Assembly: GCA_010405405.1 (NCBI GenBank)
Contig: MU004241.1
Location: 917,373 to 981,372, forward strand
Origin: Microthyrium microscopicum
Taxonomy: Eukaryota
DNA length: 64,000 bases
Direction of reading: 5' to 3'
The number at the start of each line of letters is the position of its first letter. Positions within the stretch are counted from its first letter, which is position 1. A program made the position numbers and the translations under genes. The notes below the pieces were generated by a model, which saw nothing but the letters and a program-made list of their open reading frames with translations, made no database searches and was not told the origin of the DNA. Positions 59,479 to 64,000 of this stretch are shown here, one piece after another.

Positions 59479-60279
59479 TTAGATCCAAGCAGCCCCAGCT
59501 AAGCGTTGCTTGAGCTCCTCCTCGTCTATTCGACAACCCTCACATTTGATGTTCTGCTCACTTCGCGGCATACGAATGAAGCAGTTTCCGCACAGCTTCC
59601 ATCCTGGTGGATTGTTGCGCCATTTCTTGTAACTGGGATCTGCAAGCTCCGCAGAACGAGAGGTGCGTCTCTTCCGCTTCAGTTTCCTACGTACTCTACC
59701 AACAATGCCTTTGACAATATCTTTTGCTTTGCGAGCGAATCCTCTGGTAGGTGGTGCAATGCCCATGGACTCGAAAGTGACATAGGGGTTGCGAACACTT
59801 ACTCGTCGTGCCCTAGCCTGACTTAGGTGTGTGCGATTTTTGACTTCGGGGGTCAGCTGGGCATCTAGGAGAGCCTGTTCGTCTGCGAAGATCACGACCT
59901 CAGCAGAGGCCTCATCGTTTGGAGAAGCTGGTGGGTATGGTGGTGGTGATGGCAGTTCAAGTATCCCAGGTGAATGGGGCACTGCGCCGGTGTCTAGAGT
60001 AGGCCATACAGTTCTATAGCCAGATTGAGTCGCCCACACACGAGTGTGTCGCTCATCAGTAACGATGAGATCTCTTGGAGTTGCGACCAAAGCACCTAGA
60101 GAGTCCCCTGATGATGCAGAGCTGAAGCTTTCTGGTGAAACAGAACGTGAGCTTCGTGCAGTGACTAGAAGAGGAGTGGTTTGTGGATCAGCTACTGTGC
60201 TCTTGCTGTTCCACTGTCCCGAGAGTGCTAGTCGAGAACGTCTGGCGCTCTGTTGAGCAGCAGTCATACTTGAAGGCAT
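59479..60279 (-). CDS. Hypothetical protein with PPPY motif, basic stretch and C-terminal CxxC-x12-CxxC
   Basis: 266-aa intronless ORF; SPPPYP; RRKLKRKRR; LCGNC...KCEGC. Confidence 0.6.
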   Translation of the reverse strand: MPSSMTAAQQSARRSRLALSGQWNSKSTVADPQTTPLLVTARSSRSVSPESFSSASSGDSLGALVATPRDLIVTDERHTRVWATQSGYRTVWPTLDTGAVPHSPGILELPSPPPYPPASPNDEASAEVVIFADEQALLDAQLTPEVKNRTHLSQARARRVSVRNPYVTFESMGIAPPTRGFARKAKDIVKGIVGRVRRKLKRKRRTSRSAELADPSYKKWRNNPPGWKLCGNCFIRMPRSEQNIKCEGCRIDEEELKQRLAGAAWI

Positions 60280-60969
60280 TGCTGATTGACAAGGGGGTTC
60301 TCCGAGAATAATGTCTAAAGTGATGAGGTCAATAAGATGCCACGAAGATTACTACTGAGAAGTTGATGTAACAATAAAATGCGTTGCGAATTTTTGGAGA
60401 ACAATGGCTACTGGTTATCATGATTTCCGTTGTATGATCTGGTATACATAACATTTATTTTGAACATTTTAATCAGTGATGATCATTTGGCAGAATAGTA
60501 CGATGATAATGTCTTTGTTGTCCAAGGCAGTGCCTCCTCCTCCATGAACAACGCCAATGTCAACTTGGGAACAAAGAAATTCCAACACCTCAATTTTGTT
60601 GTGCGCCAAAACTTGATCATGCAGCTTTTGCCAACCAGCAAAAGCTGGAGCGTTTTGCAGTGCATGAAGAACTAGATTTAACTCATATCTAAAAATGGTG
60701 CAAGTCATGGGTTAGTTGTATGAAGAACTTGAAGAATTGTTGTTGACAGAGGAGCAAGGCTGAAATTGGCAAGGCAAGGCTGAAAAGGGGGAAAATGCGA
60801 CCGAAAGCTTTCCGATTGGCTGAAGTTGTTGTGCACAAGATAGCAAATTCCAGTCAAGCTAGACCACGGACTTTTCACCTCAAACACGGTGAAGGTGGAG
60901 GAGCAGAGCCTCACCCACCTTCTTTTCCCACTGTTCTACCATTATTATTTTCCTGAGATAGTGATTGGA

Positions 60970-62731
60970 ATGTCTCGACCTACCACTCCTCTGCAGCAGC
61001 AAACAAACGGACTCGACAGTGGGGCGCAAACCCCACGAACGCCACTCAATCACCAGTTCGCGCTCACAGAGTACACGGCTCAACCTTCGCCGCCTAATAA
61101 GCCGCCGAAGGATTATGGCGTGCCAGAAGCCTTTCTTCTCCCAGGTGGGACGCCAGATGTATGAATTCTCAAGATTGATCTTATTTTGTTTTCTATGCTG
61201 AAGTCGTTCACAGTATCTTCGACTGATCTTGACTTCTAAAGTCTATGAAGTAGTCACCGAAACTCCATTGACTCATGCAACAAATTTGAGCAATCGTCTG
61301 GAATGCAATGTATTGCTCAAACGGGAAGATCTCCAGCCTGTTTTTAGCTTCAAGCTGAGAGGCGCTTACAACAAAATGGCGCATTTGACGCGTGATGAAC
61401 GATGGAAGGGTGTTGTAGCATGCTCTGCTGGTAACCACGCTCAAGGCGTCGCTTTTTCGGCCAGACATCTCAAGATTCCGGCCACCATTGTTATGCCAAT
61501 GGGCACTCCAGCAATCAAGCACACCAATGTATCAAGATTGGGTGGTCATGTTGTCTTATACGGTGCTGACTTTGATGCGGCAAAAGATGAGTGTCAAAGG
61601 CTGGGCGAATCTCATGGACTAACCCAAATACCGCCTTTTGATGACCCATATGTCATTGCTGGCCAAGGTACCATTGGCATGGAGATCTTACGACAAACTA
61701 ATCTCACGGAATTGGATGCTATTTTCTGCTGCGTGGGTGGAGGAGGCTTGATTGCCGGCATTGGATTATATGTCAAGCGCATAGCACCTCATGTGAAGAT
61801 CATTGGTGTTGAGACTTACGACGCTAACGCCATGGTACAATCTCTAAAGGCTGGGAAGCGAGTGGTCTTGAAAGAAGTCGGCCTTTTCGCCGATGGCGCG
61901 GCAGTGAAAACAGTTGGAGCAGAGACATTCCGCATCTGCTCTGAAGTGGTTGATGATGTAATACAAGTCACCACTGACGAGACTTGTGCCGCTATAAAGG
62001 ATGTGTTTGAGGACACCAGATCCATACTGGAGCCTGCTGGCGCTCTTGCGCTCGCCGGGTTGAAGAAGTATGTCTCGATGCATCCAGGTGAACGGCGTGG
62101 CAAAGGACTGGTTGCCATTGCATCTGGTGCCAACATGAACTTTGACCGACTTCGTTTCGTCGCTGAACGAGCGGCTATTGGTGAGCGGAGAGAAGCACTT
62201 CTGAGTGTTACCATACCAGAAAAGCCACGGGCATTTGCAAAACTGGTCGAAACCATTCACCCGCTTCCAGTCACCGAGTTCTGCTACCGTTTCACAACCC
62301 CCGAGTCTGCCAATATCTTGATCGGTATTGAGCTGCCCATAGCCTCGAGAGACGTCGAGCTGGATCGCTTGATGACTCGCCTTGAAACAGAAGGCATGAA
62401 GGCCATGGATCTCTCAAATGACGAATTGACAAAGTCCCATGTGCGATATCTAGTAGGAGGACGAAGTGGCGGACCAGATGAAAGGCTATTCTCCTTCGAA
62501 TTCCCAGAACGCGGCGGTGCTCTCTACAAATTCTTGACCACTTTACAACCCGGATTCAACATCTCCCTATTTCACTACCGAAATTATGGAGGCGACGTCG
62601 CCAAAGTACTGGCTGCTATACAGTGTCCCAAAGGAGAGACTGATCAGCTTTCCGACTTTTTGAAGACTCTGGGATATCCATACAAAGAGGAGACGAATAA
62701 CGAAGTGTACAAGCTATTCCTTCGGCAGTAA
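60970..62731 (+). CDS. ILV1: Threonine dehydratase, biosynthetic
   Basis: [85 protein letters not shown]; intron 61159-61213. Confidence 0.97.
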
Positions 62732-63042
62732 CTTCAGGGGTTTGGATACGACGCGTCGCCACGAATTGTTGAATGTTTAATTGCGTAATTCCCCTTTTCT
62801 TCGACATAGACCAGCATAGTCTCTCAGGAGCAATAAATTCCACATGGAATGTTGTGGTGACCTTGAAACCTCGTATGCTGCTTGATGACAGCAGACTTCA
62901 AGCCGCATACCCCACATGTACCATCCCGAATATCAATCAGTGCGCGAAATTATGACATAGTCAATGAGATGAAGCGATCATGATATATTTTGGCTTTGCA
63001 TTGAAATAGCTTTCCACCAAATTTTCAGTCAAAATCGTGGTA

Positions 63043-64000
63043 CACTGGTTTGCGAAATGTAGTGCGCTCTCACCCTCCCCCTACTATGTTACTTTTTACA
63101 GAATTCCACCAATCACACGTAAAATTGCCTATAGCTTCAGGAAGTAGAAAAGCGCGCTATTTTTAACTATCATAATAAGTATTCTAAATATTAAAGTAGT
63201 ATACTATAATTAGTATACTAAAATTAGTATTTTAGCTACTATTTAAAAGCTCTTAATTAGCATATGCTTATTTAGACTTCTCTTAATAGCCCTTTACCTA
63301 TTTTATATAGAAATTAATTATTCTTATCCTATCCCTTTATTATAGACTCCCTTTAGTTAGAAATAGCTTATTTTAAAGTAGGATTAATCTTATCTTATTC
63401 TAGATAATATCTTATAGATTCTTAACGTCTTAAAGTTATTATAATGCTTTAATTAAGCTAAATAGTCGCTACTACTACTAAATATACTAATGCTAGTAAA
63501 ACTACTATTTATTAAATTTATACTTATCTTAATGTAGTTACTAGTAAGTATATTAAACAACCTAAATTTATCCTTAGTTATATTTTAGAGATATTTAACG
63601 CTATACGTAATTTTATATTAGAAGTCTTAGCCTTAAAAAAAACTTATTATCTTAATAAAATATTAATATTATTATAATATAAGCTTAATATTAATTATAG
63701 CAAGTAGGTAATCTATTATAAGCTATTAAGCGTATTAACTAGATAAAGAAGTAAGTAAGTTAACTATATATCTTAGTATTTTAGTAGTAATTCCTCTAAT
63801 AAATTAACTTCTTCTAGGTTAAAGAGATTACTTAATAGCGCTATAGCCTTTAATAGAATAAATATTTTAAGTATATATTAATCTATACTATTAAATAGCT
63901 AGTTTTTATAGATAAAAGTAATAATAGTAAATTAAATACTTATTATTAAATAAGATAGAGCTCTATAAGCTCTATTTATAAGTCTTATAAGTAACTAGAT
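63043..64000. mobile_element. RIP-degraded repeat of unidentified class; runs off the right edge
   Basis: Abrupt shift to very AT/TpA-rich sequence from ~63120; TA|CACTGGTTTGCGAAATG at ~63041 may be a terminus. Confidence 0.7.

Noticed and set aside
1..64000. tRNA, rRNA and CRISPR arrays
   Set aside because: None recognised by eye; the tandem repeats are coding repeats without spacers. A tRNAscan/Rfam run would be needed to exclude small ncRNAs.

Overview
Eukaryotic DNA from a filamentous ascomycete (Pezizomycotina; Dothideomycete-like is a guess). Short GT-AG introns with CTAAC-type branch sites, and sharply bounded AT-rich blocks with TpA excess, point to repeat-induced point mutation (RIP). 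Conserved genes: APC2 (partial), TAF1, TGS1, GRH1, MSD1, an AP180/ANTH adaptor, an Rrn9-domain protein, class II DAHP synthase, a HYPK-like protein and ILV1. They are mixed with secreted or GPI-anchored repeat proteins, a small Cys-rich secreted protein and several orphan genes. Mobile DNA: a full-length RIP-inactivated L1-type LINE, a RIPed hAT element with exact TIRs and 8-bp TSD, a TA-flanked MITE, and five copies of a ~212-bp foldback MITE with 5-6-bp TSDs. The accessory block at ~28-44 kb is the most unusual part. It holds two tandem paralogues encoding N-myristoylated Met/Gly-rich low-complexity proteins, and an Adr1-type C2H2 regulator paired with an MDR oxidoreductase whose promoter carries three Adr1-type sites; a MITE supplies the regulator's stop codon. 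Exon boundaries were read by eye and family calls come from recognised motifs, not database searches.
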